Positions 1 through 9,962 of a stretch of 64,000 nucleotides of DNA are shown here, piece by piece (the stretch's first letter is position 1; every line of letters begins with the position of its first letter). Made by a program: the position numbers and the translations under genes. Location of the stretch: positions 64,001-128,000 of the forward strand of contig JAXDQS010000002.1 of NCBI GenBank assembly GCA_034667725.1, given 5' to 3'. The notes under the pieces are model-generated. The model ran no database searches and was not told the origin of the DNA. It saw only the letters and a list, made by a program, of their open reading frames with translations. The stretch is from Thermoplasmata archaeon. Lineage in GTDB: Archaea > Thermoplasmatota > E2 > JACPAO01 > JAHFTW01.

Positions 1-402
1 TCCCGCCTTGAACACTGCCAGCCCGACGCGAAGCGAGGGCTGGCGGGAGTGACGGGCGGCAAGATTTCCCTTGGCTTCTAAGCGAGCAGCAGAATCCGCA
101 GCCGAACGCTTGCCGCCTCGGCCCACTGCGCCGGTCGTCCACGCGAAGCTTCCGTGAGGACTTGCCTGAGCCGTTCACCCTGCGGCCCCCTTGCTTCTAG
201 CCGAACTGGGAACATGCCCCGCCCTCCCGGCCGCGGGGCCCTGGCCCGCCGCGCAAAGCATCCCCCGACTTGCCGCGACCGCCCCGCATATCTTCCACTC
301 GACTAGAACATGTCCACGTTCCTCCTGTAGAAAGCGCCCGGCGGACGGGCGTGTGCACCGTCCACAACGCTTTCAAGCGCACCTTGGAGTCGGCCGCCCG
401 CG

Positions 403-972
403 ATGTTCCTCTTCGAGCTCAACCGCAAAGAAACCCGCGGCGAGGGCGACTTCCCGGTCGTCGGCTACCAGGCCAAGGTGGCCATCTCCGTCGACTTCGG
501 CGGCGTGGACGTTCCCCCCAAGGCCCGCCGGCGCCTGGCGGCTGCGATGCTGCGCGAGATGATGGAGGGCCTCGACGAGGAAGAGCTGGTGGCCGCCAGC
601 CCCGCCGCAGCACTGCACGCGCCCGAGCCGACCCAGAGCCTGATCCAGGCGCAGGAGCCCATCCGGCGCCACGACACCTGGGCCCAGCCGAACGGCCTCG
701 ACCTGCGCATCGTCAAGTCGGCGCACCGCATCATCCAGGAGGTCGCCGAGAAGGGCGTCACCGGCCGCGTCGTGCTGGCCTCCGAGCTGGTGGGCTCCAT
801 CGGCCTGTCCGCCCCGACCATCGGCCGCCTGCTGCGGGAGGGCGAGCCGGCCAACGACTACCTCAAGCAGTTCGTCATGGTGACCCCGACCGGCCGCACC
901 AAGGCGCTCGACCTGACCCCCGCGGGCCGCCTGCTTGCGTCCAAGATTCGCGCCGGCTCGGTCCCCGTCTGA
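403..972 (+). CDS. Hypothetical protein with C-terminal winged-helix DNA-binding domain
   Basis: 189-aa ORF with host-like GC3 codon bias; C-terminus 'ASELVGSIGLSAPTIGRLLR...RTKALDLTPAGR' is HTH/wing-like; TTTCAAG box at 371-377. Confidence 0.7.
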   Translation: MFLFELNRKETRGEGDFPVVGYQAKVAISVDFGGVDVPPKARRRLAAAMLREMMEGLDEEELVAASPAAALHAPEPTQSLIQAQEPIRRHDTWAQPNGLDLRIVKSAHRIIQEVAEKGVTGRVVLASELVGSIGLSAPTIGRLLREGEPANDYLKQFVMVTPTGRTKALDLTPAGRLLASKIRAGSVPV

Positions 973-1397
973 TGCGCCCGAGCCTGAGCCTCGTCACCCT
1001 CGGGGTCGCCGACCTGGAGCGGGCGCGACGGTTCTACGCCAAGCTCGGCTGGGAGACCCGCTCGCCCCCGGGCGGCGGCGTGGTGTTCGTCCCGCTGCGC
1101 GGCGTCGTCCTGGGCCTGTGGCCGCGCACGGAGCTGGCCAAGGACGCGCAGGTCGCGGACACGGCGCCCGGCTTCGGCGGCTTCGCGCTGGCGCACAACT
1201 GCCGCAACGAGGCGGAGGTCGACGCCGTGCTGAAGGAGGCCGTGGCCGCCGGGGCGACCCTCCGCAAGCCGGCGCACAAGGTGTTCTGGGGCGGCTACTC
1301 GGGGTACTTCGCGGACCCGGACGGCCACCTGTGGGAGGTCGCGTTCAACCCGTCCTGGCCGCTGGACGGGGAAGGCAAGGTCGTGCTTCCTCCCTAG
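972..1397 (+). CDS. VOC (glyoxalase/bleomycin-resistance) family protein
   Basis: ATG overlaps the upstream TGA; motifs 'SLVTLGVADLERARRFY' and 'FWGGYSGYFADPDGHLWEVA'. Confidence 0.93.
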   Translation: MRPSLSLVTLGVADLERARRFYAKLGWETRSPPGGGVVFVPLRGVVLGLWPRTELAKDAQVADTAPGFGGFALAHNCRNEAEVDAVLKEAVAAGATLRKPAHKVFWGGYSGYFADPDGHLWEVAFNPSWPLDGEGKVVLPP

Positions 1398-1502
1398 GGG
1401 TGACGCACAGGCCGCCTCCGCTTCGCGCTCGGCGCGCGCCGACGCGCGACCCTTCCCCCTGCCGGCCTGAGGCTTTTTCACGGCGCCCCCCTCCCGCCGC
1501 CC

Positions 1503-2957
1503 ATGGTCCGGGCGCAGCACGCCGCCGAGAGCGGGTCCGACTTCGAGAAGGGGCAGGGCCCCGCCACGCGCACCGAGCGCGACTCCATGGGCCCGATGGA
1601 GGTCCCCATCGACGCGCTGTGGGGCGCGAGCACGCAGCGGGCGGTTCTCAACTTCCCGGTGTCCGGCCTGCGCCTGCCGGAGGAGTTCCTGCGCAGCCTC
1701 GGGCTCGTCAAGTGGGCGTGCGCCCAGGCGAACAAGCAGCTTGGGGTGCTGAAGCCGGAGGTCGCCGACGCCGTGGCCGAGGGCGCGTTCGCCATCTACC
1801 AAGGCGAGCATCTCGAGGAGTTCCCGGTGGACGTGTTCCAGACCGGCTCGGGCACCAGCTCCAACATGAACGCCAACGAGGTCATCGCGCACCTGGCGAC
1901 CCAGCACCTCGGCGAGGCCGTCCACCCCAACGACCACGTCAACTTCGGCCAGTCCTCCAACGACGTCATCCCGACCACGATGCACGTCGCCGCCGTCCTC
2001 CAGGTCGAGCATGAGCTGGTCCCCGCGCTGGAGCACCTGCACGCCTGCCTGGCCCGCAAGGCCCGCGAGTTCGACGACGTCGTCAAGGTCGGCCGCACCC
2101 ACCTCCAGGACGCCGTCCCCATCCGCCTGGGCCAAGAGTTCGGCGGCTACGCCCGCCAGGTCGAGCTGGGCATCGCCCGCGTCCGCGCCACCCTCCCCGG
2201 CCTGCTTGAGCTGGCCCAAGGCGGCACCGCGCTCGGCACCGGCCTCAACGCCCATCCCGACTTCGGCCGCATCGTCGCCGAGAAGCTCCAGGAGGCCACC
2301 GGGTTCGCCTTCGTCGAGGCCAAGGACCACTTCGAGGCCCAGGCCAGCCGCGACGCCTACGTGTTCGCCGCCGGCGCCCTCGACACCGTCGCCGCGAGCC
2401 TCATGAAGATCGCCAACGACGTCCGCCTCATGGCGTCCGGGCCCGACTGCGGCCTCGGCGAGCTCCAGTTGCCCGCCATCCAGCCCGGCAGCAGCATCAT
2501 GCCCGGCAAGGTGAACCCCGTCATCTGCGAGAGCGTCACGATGGTGGCCGCCCACGTCACCGGCAACGACGCCGCGGTGCGAATCGGCGGCCAGTGGGGG
2601 CAGCTCGACCTCAACGTCATGCTCCCGATGATGGCGCACAACCTGCTGGAGTCGATCCGCCTGCTGTCCTCGGCGTCGCGGGTGTTCGCGGACCTCTGCC
2701 TCGACGGCACCACCGCCAACGTCGAGCGCGCCACCGGCAACGTCGAGCGCAGTGTCAGCATGGCCACCGCCCTGAACCCCCTCATCGGCTACGACAAGGC
2801 CGCCAAGATCGCCAAGGCCAGCCAGAAGGAGCGCAAGACGGTGCGCGAGATCGCCTACCGCGACTCCGGCCTCACCCGCGAGCAGGTGGACGAGGCGCTC
2901 GACCCGCGCAAGCAGACCGTGGCCAGCGCCGACCGCGTCGCGCCTGGCGGCGGCTGA
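1503..2957 (+). CDS. fumC: Class II fumarate hydratase
   Basis: Signature GSSIMPGKVNP, plus QTGSGTSSNMN, GRTHLQDA and HPNDHVN. Confidence 0.95.
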   Translation: MVRAQHAAESGSDFEKGQGPATRTERDSMGPMEVPIDALWGASTQRAVLNFPVSGLRLPEEFLRSLGLVKWACAQANKQLGVLKPEVADAVAEGAFAIYQGEHLEEFPVDVFQTGSGTSSNMNANEVIAHLATQHLGEAVHPNDHVNFGQSSNDVIPTTMHVAAVLQVEHELVPALEHLHACLARKAREFDDVVKVGRTHLQDAVPIRLGQEFGGYARQVELGIARVRATLPGLLELAQGGTALGTGLNAHPDFGRIVAEKLQEATGFAFVEAKDHFEAQASRDAYVFAAGALDTVAASLMKIANDVRLMASGPDCGLGELQLPAIQPGSSIMPGKVNPVICESVTMVAAHVTGNDAAVRIGGQWGQLDLNVMLPMMAHNLLESIRLLSSASRVFADLCLDGTTANVERATGNVERSVSMATALNPLIGYDKAAKIAKASQKERKTVREIAYRDSGLTREQVDEALDPRKQTVASADRVAPGGG

Positions 2958-3572
2958 CTAGGCGGCCACGACGGGGTTCTCCAGCGTAGCGACGCCCACC
3001 AGTTCGCAGCGCACCCGCTGGCCCGCGGCAACGGGGCCGACGCCGTCGGGCGTGCCCGTGAGGAGCACGTCGCCGGGCCGCAGGGTCGTCCAGGACGACG
3101 CGTGCGCCAGCAGCGCGCCGACGCCGAAGACCATGTCGCGGGTCTGGCCGTGCTGGCGGACCTGGCCGTCGATGCTCAGGCGCAGCTCCATCTGCTGCAA
3201 GTCCCGCCCATCCCACTCCTGGAACGCTCCCAACGGAAGGAAAGTGTCGTAGCCCTTGGCCTGCGCCCACGGCAGGCCGGCCTTCTTCGCCTTCTCCTGC
3301 AAGTCGCGCGCCGTCAGGTCGTTGGCGACCGTGATGGCGTCGACGCAGCGCAGCGCGGCGGCGGCGTCGAGGCGGCGCGCGGGCTTGCCGAGCCGGACGG
3401 CCAGCTCGACCTCATGATGGACCGGGCCGATGCCGGCGGGCAGCTCGATGGCCTCCCCGTCCGGGATGATGGCGGAGTCCGGCTTCCAGAACCAGATGGG
3501 CGACTCGGGGACCGCGTTGCCCAGCTCGCGGGCGTGCTTGGCGTAGTTGCGGCCGACGGCGAGGACCTTCAT
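2958..3572 (-). CDS. Fumarylacetoacetate hydrolase family protein (FAHD1-like)
   Basis: Starts MKVLAVGRNYAKH; motifs HHEVEL, NDLTARD, AKGYDTF, GDVLLTGTP. Confidence 0.93.
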   Translation of the reverse strand: MKVLAVGRNYAKHARELGNAVPESPIWFWKPDSAIIPDGEAIELPAGIGPVHHEVELAVRLGKPARRLDAAAALRCVDAITVANDLTARDLQEKAKKAGLPWAQAKGYDTFLPLGAFQEWDGRDLQQMELRLSIDGQVRQHGQTRDMVFGVGALLAHASSWTTLRPGDVLLTGTPDGVGPVAAGQRVRCELVGVATLENPVVAA

Positions 3573-4453
3573 GCCTTCACGAGCCGCACGGTGGGCGGGC
3601 CGATCCACGACACGACGAGCGCCTTGACGTCCTCGGGGAAGTCGCCCTTGTCGCGCATCCAGGCGAGGTAGTCGCTGTGGCTGGCCTCGCCGCCGCGCGG
3701 GTCCTTGGTGCAGTTGTGCACGTTCAGGACGGGGCAGTCGCGGTACTTGCCGAAGCCGAACCGGAACACCTTCTGCGGGTCGGCGTAGAAGCGGCGGCCG
3801 TGGTCGAGCCAATCCTTCTGCTCGCGGTCGGGGCGGGCGCGGCGCTCCAGGTTCGCCACCAGCAGGCCCTCCAGCGTCGGCGGCAGCTTCTGGGGGTGGC
3901 GGTCGCGCTGGCGGCGCAGCACCTCGACCGTCGCGGTGGTGTCCGCGAGGCTGCGGTGGGCGCCGTCGAACTCGGCGCCGACGTAGCGCTTGTAGGTCTC
4001 GGCGAGGCTGTGCGAGTTGACGAACGACTCGACGCGCTGGGTGTCGATGCACGGGTGCGACGGCTTGAGGCCGGGCTGGCCGGCGCGTTGCAGTTCGCGG
4101 CTGAGGATTTCCAGGTCGAACTTGTGGTTGTGCGCCACCAGCACGGCGTCCTGCACGAGGGCCTGGACGCGGCCGGCGAAGTGGCGGAACGACGGCTTGC
4201 CGTGCACCATGGCGTCCGTGATCTGGTGGACCTTCACCGAGTCGGCCGGGATGGGGATTTCCGGATGCACCAATTCGGTCCAGGCGCCCAGCTCGCGTAG
4301 CTGGTCGTCGAGCTCGAGGAAGCAGAACTCGATGATGCGCGCCGAGAGCGTGTCGAGGCCGGTCGTCTCCAGGTCGAAGGCCACCACCCGCATCGTGCCC
4401 GGCACGGGGACGAGGGCTTCAGCCGGCGCAGGGGAGGGCAGCGGAGGGTCCAT
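3569..4453 (-). CDS. DEDDh 3'-5' exonuclease (DnaQ-like) with C-terminal FGK-containing extension
   Basis: ExoI FDLETTG, ExoII AHNHKFD, ExoIII AHRSLAD; start may be later (MRVVAFD). Confidence 0.9.
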   Translation of the reverse strand: MDPPLPSPAPAEALVPVPGTMRVVAFDLETTGLDTLSARIIEFCFLELDDQLRELGAWTELVHPEIPIPADSVKVHQITDAMVHGKPSFRHFAGRVQALVQDAVLVAHNHKFDLEILSRELQRAGQPGLKPSHPCIDTQRVESFVNSHSLAETYKRYVGAEFDGAHRSLADTTATVEVLRRQRDRHPQKLPPTLEGLLVANLERRARPDREQKDWLDHGRRFYADPQKVFRFGFGKYRDCPVLNVHNCTKDPRGGEASHSDYLAWMRDKGDFPEDVKALVVSWIGPPTVRLVKA

Positions 4454-4516
4454 GGGCAGCCACCAGGGAGCCTGGGAGCGGAAAAACGGTGCGGTGGCCG
4501 GCCTCGCCAGGCTTGC

Positions 4517-5047
4517 CTAGGCCGAGGGCCCGCCAAGCGCCAAGGACGGCTTGCCGTACTGCACCGTCACCGTGACCGTGAACTCGGACAAGGCCGTGGC
4601 CGGGAACCCGAACGGCGCCACCCTCACCTCCAGCGTTCCGGGAGGGAATGGCCCCTCGAGGTCGGCGTGCAGGGGGTTGCCGCCCAGCCCTTCTTCGCCG
4701 TGGGCCTGCCAGCGGAAGCCCTCGGCGCGGACGCCGTCCGCCTCCAGCACGAGATGGAGAGCCCCCTCCTTCAAGGGGACGTCGAAGAGGCACTCGCATC
4801 CGAAGGTGGCCGCGGGGGAGGCCGCGAACAGGGCGCTGCCGTTGAACTGGTGGCGGACGGTCCGGGATTCCGGGGCGGCTCCAGGAGGGTCGGTCGGGCG
4901 GTAGCGGTCGTCGATGGAGATGGGCTCGGGCTGCGGGGGCTGGGATTCCGGCGCATCGGAGGCAGGCGGGCCCGAGGTCGCCGGGACGCTCCCTTCGTCG
5001 ATGCAGCCGCCCAAGAGAAGCAGGGCCAGGACCAGGAACAAGCGCAT
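4517..5047 (-). CDS. Secreted lipoprotein of unknown function
   Basis: MRLFLVLALLLLGGC lipobox-like N-terminus; TTCAAG box about 24 nt upstream. Confidence 0.7.
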   Translation of the reverse strand: MRLFLVLALLLLGGCIDEGSVPATSGPPASDAPESQPPQPEPISIDDRYRPTDPPGAAPESRTVRHQFNGSALFAASPAATFGCECLFDVPLKEGALHLVLEADGVRAEGFRWQAHGEEGLGGNPLHADLEGPFPPGTLEVRVAPFGFPATALSEFTVTVTVQYGKPSLALGGPSA

Positions 5048-5103
5048 AGGGCCCACGCCGTCGGCGAGGCCTTGAACGCTTTGGCCGCGGCGCCGAAGCT
5101 TGG

Positions 5104-5274
5104 CTACGCCGTCGGGGCGCGCTTGGAGAGGCCGACGCCCAGCAGGACCGCGCCCACCAGGCCAAAGACGCCGCCGTACAGGTAGGAGCCCATCGTGAGC
5201 AGGCCCACGCCGAAGGCCAGCGCGATGCCGCCGGCGATGTAGTACTGCGACGCGGGGTAGACCTTCTTGGCCAT
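5104..5274 (-). CDS. Small two-TM membrane protein (56 aa)
   Basis: Translated by hand: MAKKVYPASQYYIAGGIALAFGVGLLTMGSYLYGGVFGLVGAVLLGVGLSKRAPTA; strong GC3 bias; absent from the ORF track. Confidence 0.7.
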   Translation of the reverse strand: MAKKVYPASQYYIAGGIALAFGVGLLTMGSYLYGGVFGLVGAVLLGVGLSKRAPTA

Positions 5275-5317
5275 GGCGGGCCAGCGGGATCCCGGCGTGA
5301 TAAGGATGACGAACCGG

Positions 5318-7612
5318 CTACTTGCGCTGCCGCAGCAAGTTGAGGGCGCTTCCTGCGCGGAACCACTCCAGCTGGTCCTTGGAGAAGGTGTGGCGGCACT
5401 CGATGCGCTCCTCGCGGCCGTCCTTGTGGCGCAGCACGACGGCCACCGGCTTGCCTGGCGCCATGTCCTTGAGGCCGACGACGCTGACGCGGTCGTCCTC
5501 CTGGACCTTGTCGTAGTCCGCCGGGTTGGCGAACGTCAAGGGCAGCAGGCCCTGCTTCTTCAGGTTCGTCTCGTGGATGCGGGCGAAGCTGCGGCATAGG
5601 ATGGCCCCGGCGCCCAGGTGGCGGGGCTCCATGGCGGCGTGCTCGCGGCTGGAGCCTTCGCCGTAGTTCTGGTCGCCGACGACGACCCACCGCAGGCCCT
5701 TGGCCTTGTAGTGGCGCGCGACCTCGGGGAACAGCTTGGTCTTGCCGTCGAGCTGGTCCTTGCCGCCGCCCGCGGAGCCGGTGAAGGCGTTGATGGCGCC
5801 CAGGAACAGGTTGTTGCTGATGTTGTCGAGGTGGCCGCGGTACTTGAGCCACGGGCCGGCCTGGCTGATGTGGTCCGTGGTGCACTTGCCCTTGGCCTTC
5901 AACAAGACGGGCAGGTCCAGCAGGTCGCCGCCGTCCCATGCCGGGAACGGCTCCAGCAATTGCAGGCGCTCGCTGGCGGGGCTGACCTTGACCTCAACCT
6001 CCTTGGCGGCAGGCGGGGCCAGGTAGCCGCCCGGGTCGGCCACGAAGCCCTTGGCGGGCACTTCGGGGGCCTGCTTGGGCGCAACAAGGCGGAACTTCTT
6101 GCCGTCGGAGCCGGTGAGCTCATCGGTCAAGGGATTGAAGCTGAGGCGGCCGGCGAGGCCGTAGGCGATGGTGATCTCGGGGCTGCCGATGAACGCCAGC
6201 GTGTTGGCCGAGCCGTCGTTGCGCTTCGGGAAGTTGCGGTTGTAAGACGTCACGATGGTGTTCTTGGCCTTCAGGTCCACGTCGGGGCGGTTCCATTGGC
6301 CGATGCAAGGGCCGCAGGCGTTGGCGAGCACGGTGGCGCCCACTTGCTGGAGGGTCTGCATCTGGCCGTCGCGCTGGATGGTGAGGTGGATCTGCTCCGA
6401 GCCGGGGGTCACGAGAAGCGGGGTCTGGACCTTGAGGCCGTGGCGGGCCGCTTGCGCCGCGACGTCGGCGGTGCGCTCCATGTCCTCGTAGCTGGAGTTG
6501 GTGCACGATCCGACTAGGGTCGCGGAGATGTGGTCCGGGTAGCCTTCCTTGGCGACGGCGGCGGCCATCTGCGAGACCGGGCGGGCCAGGTCGGGCGTAT
6601 GCGGGCCGACGAGGTGGGGCTCCAGCGTGGTGAGGTCGATCTCGACGACCTGGTCGAAGAACTTGGCAGGGTCGGCCTCGACCTCGGGGTCCGCGACCAG
6701 CAGCTCGCGGTGGACCTTGGCGGCCAGTCGCGCCAGCTCGGCGCGGCCGGTGGCGGCCAGGTAGGTGTCCATGCGCTCGTCGTGCGGGAACACCGAGGTG
6801 GTGGCGCCCAGCTCCGCGCCCATGTTGCAGATGGTGGCCTTGCCGGTGGCGCTGATGGTGGCGGCGCCGGGGCCGAAGTACTCGATGACCGCGTTGGTGC
6901 CGCCGGCCACCGTCAGGATGCCGCACAGCTTCAGGATGACGTCCTTGGGCGCCGTCCAGCCGGACAGCTTGCCGGTGAGCTTGACGCCGATGATCTTCGG
7001 ATGCAGCACTTCCCATGGGAAGCCCGCCATCACGTCGACCGCGTCCGCGCCGCCGACGCCCGAGGCGAACATGCCCAGGCCGCCGCCGTTCGGAGTGTGC
7101 GAGTCGGTGCCGATGACCATCTGGCCAGGGAAGGCGTACTGCTCCAGCACGACCTGGTGGATGATGCCGGCGCCCGGCTTCCAGAAGCCCATGCCGCACT
7201 TGGCCGCCGCCGTCCGCAGGAAGTCGTAGACCTCCTTGTTCTGGGTGTTGGCCTGCAGGAGGTCGTGCCTGGCGTCGACCTCGGCGGCGATGAGGTGGTC
7301 GCAATGGACCGTCGTCGGCACCGCCGTCTGGGCCTTGCCCGTGGTGAGGAACTGGAGGATGGCCATCTGGGCGGTGGCGTCCTGCATCGTGACCCGGTCG
7401 GGCCGCAGGTCGAGGTAGGCCTTGCCGCGGGCCAAGTCGGCGCCGGCGGGGTCGTCGAGGTGGGAGTAGAGCAGCTTCTCGGTGAGGGTGAGCGGGCGGC
7501 CCAGGCGCCTGCGGACGGTCGTGAGGCGCTTGGCCATCAGCTCGTAGCTGCGGGACACGAACGCGGGGGAGCTGGCGATGGGGTCCTGCGGGACGGTCTG
7601 GGCCATGGCCAT
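5318..7612 (-). CDS. acnA: Aconitate hydratase, mitochondrial-like type
   Basis: [63 protein letters not shown]. Confidence 0.95.
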   Translation of the reverse strand: MAMAQTVPQDPIASSPAFVSRSYELMAKRLTTVRRRLGRPLTLTEKLLYSHLDDPAGADLARGKAYLDLRPDRVTMQDATAQMAILQFLTTGKAQTAVPTTVHCDHLIAAEVDARHDLLQANTQNKEVYDFLRTAAAKCGMGFWKPGAGIIHQVVLEQYAFPGQMVIGTDSHTPNGGGLGMFASGVGGADAVDVMAGFPWEVLHPKIIGVKLTGKLSGWTAPKDVILKLCGILTVAGGTNAVIEYFGPGAATISATGKATICNMGAELGATTSVFPHDERMDTYLAATGRAELARLAAKVHRELLVADPEVEADPAKFFDQVVEIDLTTLEPHLVGPHTPDLARPVSQMAAAVAKEGYPDHISATLVGSCTNSSYEDMERTADVAAQAARHGLKVQTPLLVTPGSEQIHLTIQRDGQMQTLQQVGATVLANACGPCIGQWNRPDVDLKAKNTIVTSYNRNFPKRNDGSANTLAFIGSPEITIAYGLAGRLSFNPLTDELTGSDGKKFRLVAPKQAPEVPAKGFVADPGGYLAPPAAKEVEVKVSPASERLQLLEPFPAWDGGDLLDLPVLLKAKGKCTTDHISQAGPWLKYRGHLDNISNNLFLGAINAFTGSAGGGKDQLDGKTKLFPEVARHYKAKGLRWVVVGDQNYGEGSSREHAAMEPRHLGAGAILCRSFARIHETNLKKQGLLPLTFANPADYDKVQEDDRVSVVGLKDMAPGKPVAVVLRHKDGREERIECRHTFSKDQLEWFRAGSALNLLRQRK

Positions 7613-7662
7613 GGGGGTCGGACCCGACCCATCCTTGGCGCTATTTCAAGGGTGGGGTGGGG

Positions 7663-8802
7663 TCAGGCCAACGCCGCCCGCGCGATCAGCATCCGCTGGA
7701 TTTCGCTGGTGCCCTCGTAGATCTCGGTTACCTTGGCGTCGCGCATCAGCCGCTCGACGACGTAGTCCATGGTGTAGCCGTTGCCGCCGTGGACCTGGAC
7801 GGCCTCGCGGGCAACCCAGGTGGCGGCCTCGCTGGCGAACAGCTTGGCGCGGCTGCCCATCTCGGGCGTGAGCGTGCCGGCGTCCTGGGCGGCGGCCGCC
7901 TTCAGGTAGAGCAGGCGGGAGGCCTCGATGCGGACGTCCATGTCGGCGAGCTTCCATTGGATGGCCTGGTTGGTGGCGATGGGCCGGCCGAACTGCTTGC
8001 GCTCCTTGGCGTAGGAGGTGGCTTCGTCAAATCCGCGCTGGGCGATGCCGACGGCCTGGGCTGCGATGGAGATGCGCGAGCCGTTGAGGGTCGCCATGAG
8101 CTGCTTGAACCCGTCGCCGGGCTTGCCGAGGAGGTTGTCCGTGGGCACTTCGAGGTCCACGAACGACAGGCGGGCGGTGTCGGAACCGCACAGGCCCAGC
8201 TTGTGCTCGGCGCCGTCCTTGCGGAAGCCTTTCCAGGAGGCCTCGACCGCGAACAGGCTGATGCCCTTGTGGCCCGCGGCGGGGTCGGTCTTGGCGGCGA
8301 CGATGGCGCTGCCGGCGTGGTTGCCGTTGGTGATGAACACCTTGGAGCCGTTGAGGAGGTAGTGGTCGCCTTGCCGCGTCGCCGTGGTCGCGAGCGCCGC
8401 CACGTCGGAGCCAGCCCCAGGCTCGGTCAGCGCGAAGCAGCCGATCCAGTCGCCGGCGGCCAGCTTGGGGAGGAAGCGCTGCTGCACGTCGGCGCTGCCC
8501 CATTGGACGATGGGCGTGGCCGCGACCGAGGCGTGGACCGCGAGCGTGACGCTGGTCGAGGCGCACGCCCAGGCGATCTCCTCCAGCATGAGGTTGAACG
8601 CCACCTTCGACACCGGGGCGCCGCCGAAGCGCTCGGGGATGGTCGGGCCCGTCATGCCGAGGGCCGCCAGCTCGCCAAACGACTCGGCGGGAAACAGCGA
8701 CTCGCGGTCGATGCGGGCGGCGCGGGGCGCGATGGCGGCGCGGGCGTGCTCGCGCGCCGTCTTCCGGATGAGCGCGTCCTCGTCCCGCAGCCGGAGGTCC
8801 AC
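7663..8802 (-). CDS. Acyl-CoA dehydrogenase
   Basis: FALTEPGAGSD, GSKVFITNG, RKQFGRPI, EIYEGTSEIQR; GTG start inferred. Confidence 0.95.
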   Translation of the reverse strand: MDLRLRDEDALIRKTAREHARAAIAPRAARIDRESLFPAESFGELAALGMTGPTIPERFGGAPVSKVAFNLMLEEIAWACASTSVTLAVHASVAATPIVQWGSADVQQRFLPKLAAGDWIGCFALTEPGAGSDVAALATTATRQGDHYLLNGSKVFITNGNHAGSAIVAAKTDPAAGHKGISLFAVEASWKGFRKDGAEHKLGLCGSDTARLSFVDLEVPTDNLLGKPGDGFKQLMATLNGSRISIAAQAVGIAQRGFDEATSYAKERKQFGRPIATNQAIQWKLADMDVRIEASRLLYLKAAAAQDAGTLTPEMGSRAKLFASEAATWVAREAVQVHGGNGYTMDYVVERLMRDAKVTEIYEGTSEIQRMLIARAALA

Positions 8803-8835
8803 GCGGCGCCCACGAAGCGAAGGGTCTTGGCCGTT

Positions 8836-9780
8836 GTGCCGCTGCCTCCGGCGTTGCCCGGCCCTCCCCGGCGCCTCGTCTTTCCCCTCCCGTTCGCGCT
8901 CGCCACCGCCAACGGCTGGCTGTTTCCCGGCCGCCGTCCCGCCCTGCTGGACTGCGGGCTCGGCGACGCCGCGACGCGCCGCGTCCTGGTGGACGGCGGC
9001 GTGCGGCCCGAAGGCCTCACGCTCCTGGTGTCGCACGGCCACGTGGACCACGCGGGCAACGCGGCGTGGCTGGCGCGCCAGGGGGCGGTGCTGCACGCGC
9101 CGCCGGCGGAGTCGCGGTTCCTGGAGACGTTCCGCGCCGACTCGGTGCGGCGCAACGACGCGTTCGCGCAGGCGATGGCGCGGCACGGCACGCCGCCGGA
9201 CGTGGTGGCGCGGGTGCGCACGGAGGGGGCGGAGATCGACCAGTGGCTGGAGGACACGCCCATCGCGCGGCCCATCCGGGACGGCGAGGTGCTGGAGGTC
9301 GGCGACGGCGAGGCCAAGGTCCACCTGGCGCCGGGGCACACGCCGGGGTCGATGCTGCTGGAGACCGGCGACAACGAGCTGCTCTCCGGCGACACCTTGC
9401 TGGAGCACATCACTTCGAACGCCATCGAGCTGCTGGACGCCGACCGGGGGCGCTACCGGCAGTACCTGGAGACGCTGCGCGGGCTGCGCCGGTTCGCGGG
9501 CTGCCGCGTGCTGCCGGGCCACCACGAGCCGTTCGTGCTGACCGACGAGTTGTTGGACGGGCACTTGGCGAAGCACGCCCGCCGGCAGGGCCGGGTGCTC
9601 GCGGGCCTGGAACGCCCGGCGTCCGCCTGGGAACTCCTGCCGAAAGTGCTGCCGCACCTGGCCCAGGACCAGGTTTTCCTCGGGATGTGCGAGGTCGTGG
9701 GCCACCTGCACGCGCTCGAGCTGGACGGCAAGTGCCGCGCCGTCGGCGGCGACCCTTTGAGGTTCGTCCGAGACGCTTGA
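8836..9780 (+). CDS. MBL-fold metallo-hydrolase
   Basis: SHGHVDHAG, PGHTPG, SGD and PGH motifs; start inferred. Confidence 0.9.
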   Translation: MPLPPALPGPPRRLVFPLPFALATANGWLFPGRRPALLDCGLGDAATRRVLVDGGVRPEGLTLLVSHGHVDHAGNAAWLARQGAVLHAPPAESRFLETFRADSVRRNDAFAQAMARHGTPPDVVARVRTEGAEIDQWLEDTPIARPIRDGEVLEVGDGEAKVHLAPGHTPGSMLLETGDNELLSGDTLLEHITSNAIELLDADRGRYRQYLETLRGLRRFAGCRVLPGHHEPFVLTDELLDGHLAKHARRQGRVLAGLERPASAWELLPKVLPHLAQDQVFLGMCEVVGHLHALELDGKCRAVGGDPLRFVRDA

Positions 9781-9807
9781 TAATCCCTGGAGCCGAGTTG
9801 TTCCACC

Positions 9808-9915
9808 ATGGATGACCTCATGCCGCCGCCGACCCGTCGCGAGCTGGTCGTGACCCTCGGCCTCATGGCCGCCCTCCTCGTCGGCGTCCACTTCGCGCTG
9901 CCCGTCCTGATGTAG
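9808..9915 (+). CDS. Putative 35-aa single-TM peptide
   Basis: MDDLMPPPTRRELVVTLGLMAALLVGVHFALPVLM; GC3-rich codons; TTGATAAT about 25 nt upstream. Confidence 0.5.
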   Translation: MDDLMPPPTRRELVVTLGLMAALLVGVHFALPVLM

Positions 9916-9930
9916 CTGGCCGCGCGCCCT

Positions 9931-9940
9931 ACGCTTTTAA
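9931..9940 (+). promoter_or_regulatory. Archaeal TATA-like box for a probably leaderless eif2g transcript
   Basis: ACGCTTTTAA ending 22 nt before the GTG at 9963. Confidence 0.55.
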
Positions 9941-9962
9941 CGGCCCCTCCGCTGGCCGCGCC

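Noticed and set aside
1-300. Possible RNase P/SRP RNA, or a 45-codon minus-strand ORF
   Set aside because: No RNase P or SRP signature motifs; the ORF has atypical codon usage and no recognisable motif.
5055-5115. 10-bp direct repeat ACGCCGTCGG around an intergenic spacer
   Set aside because: Too short for this GC content.
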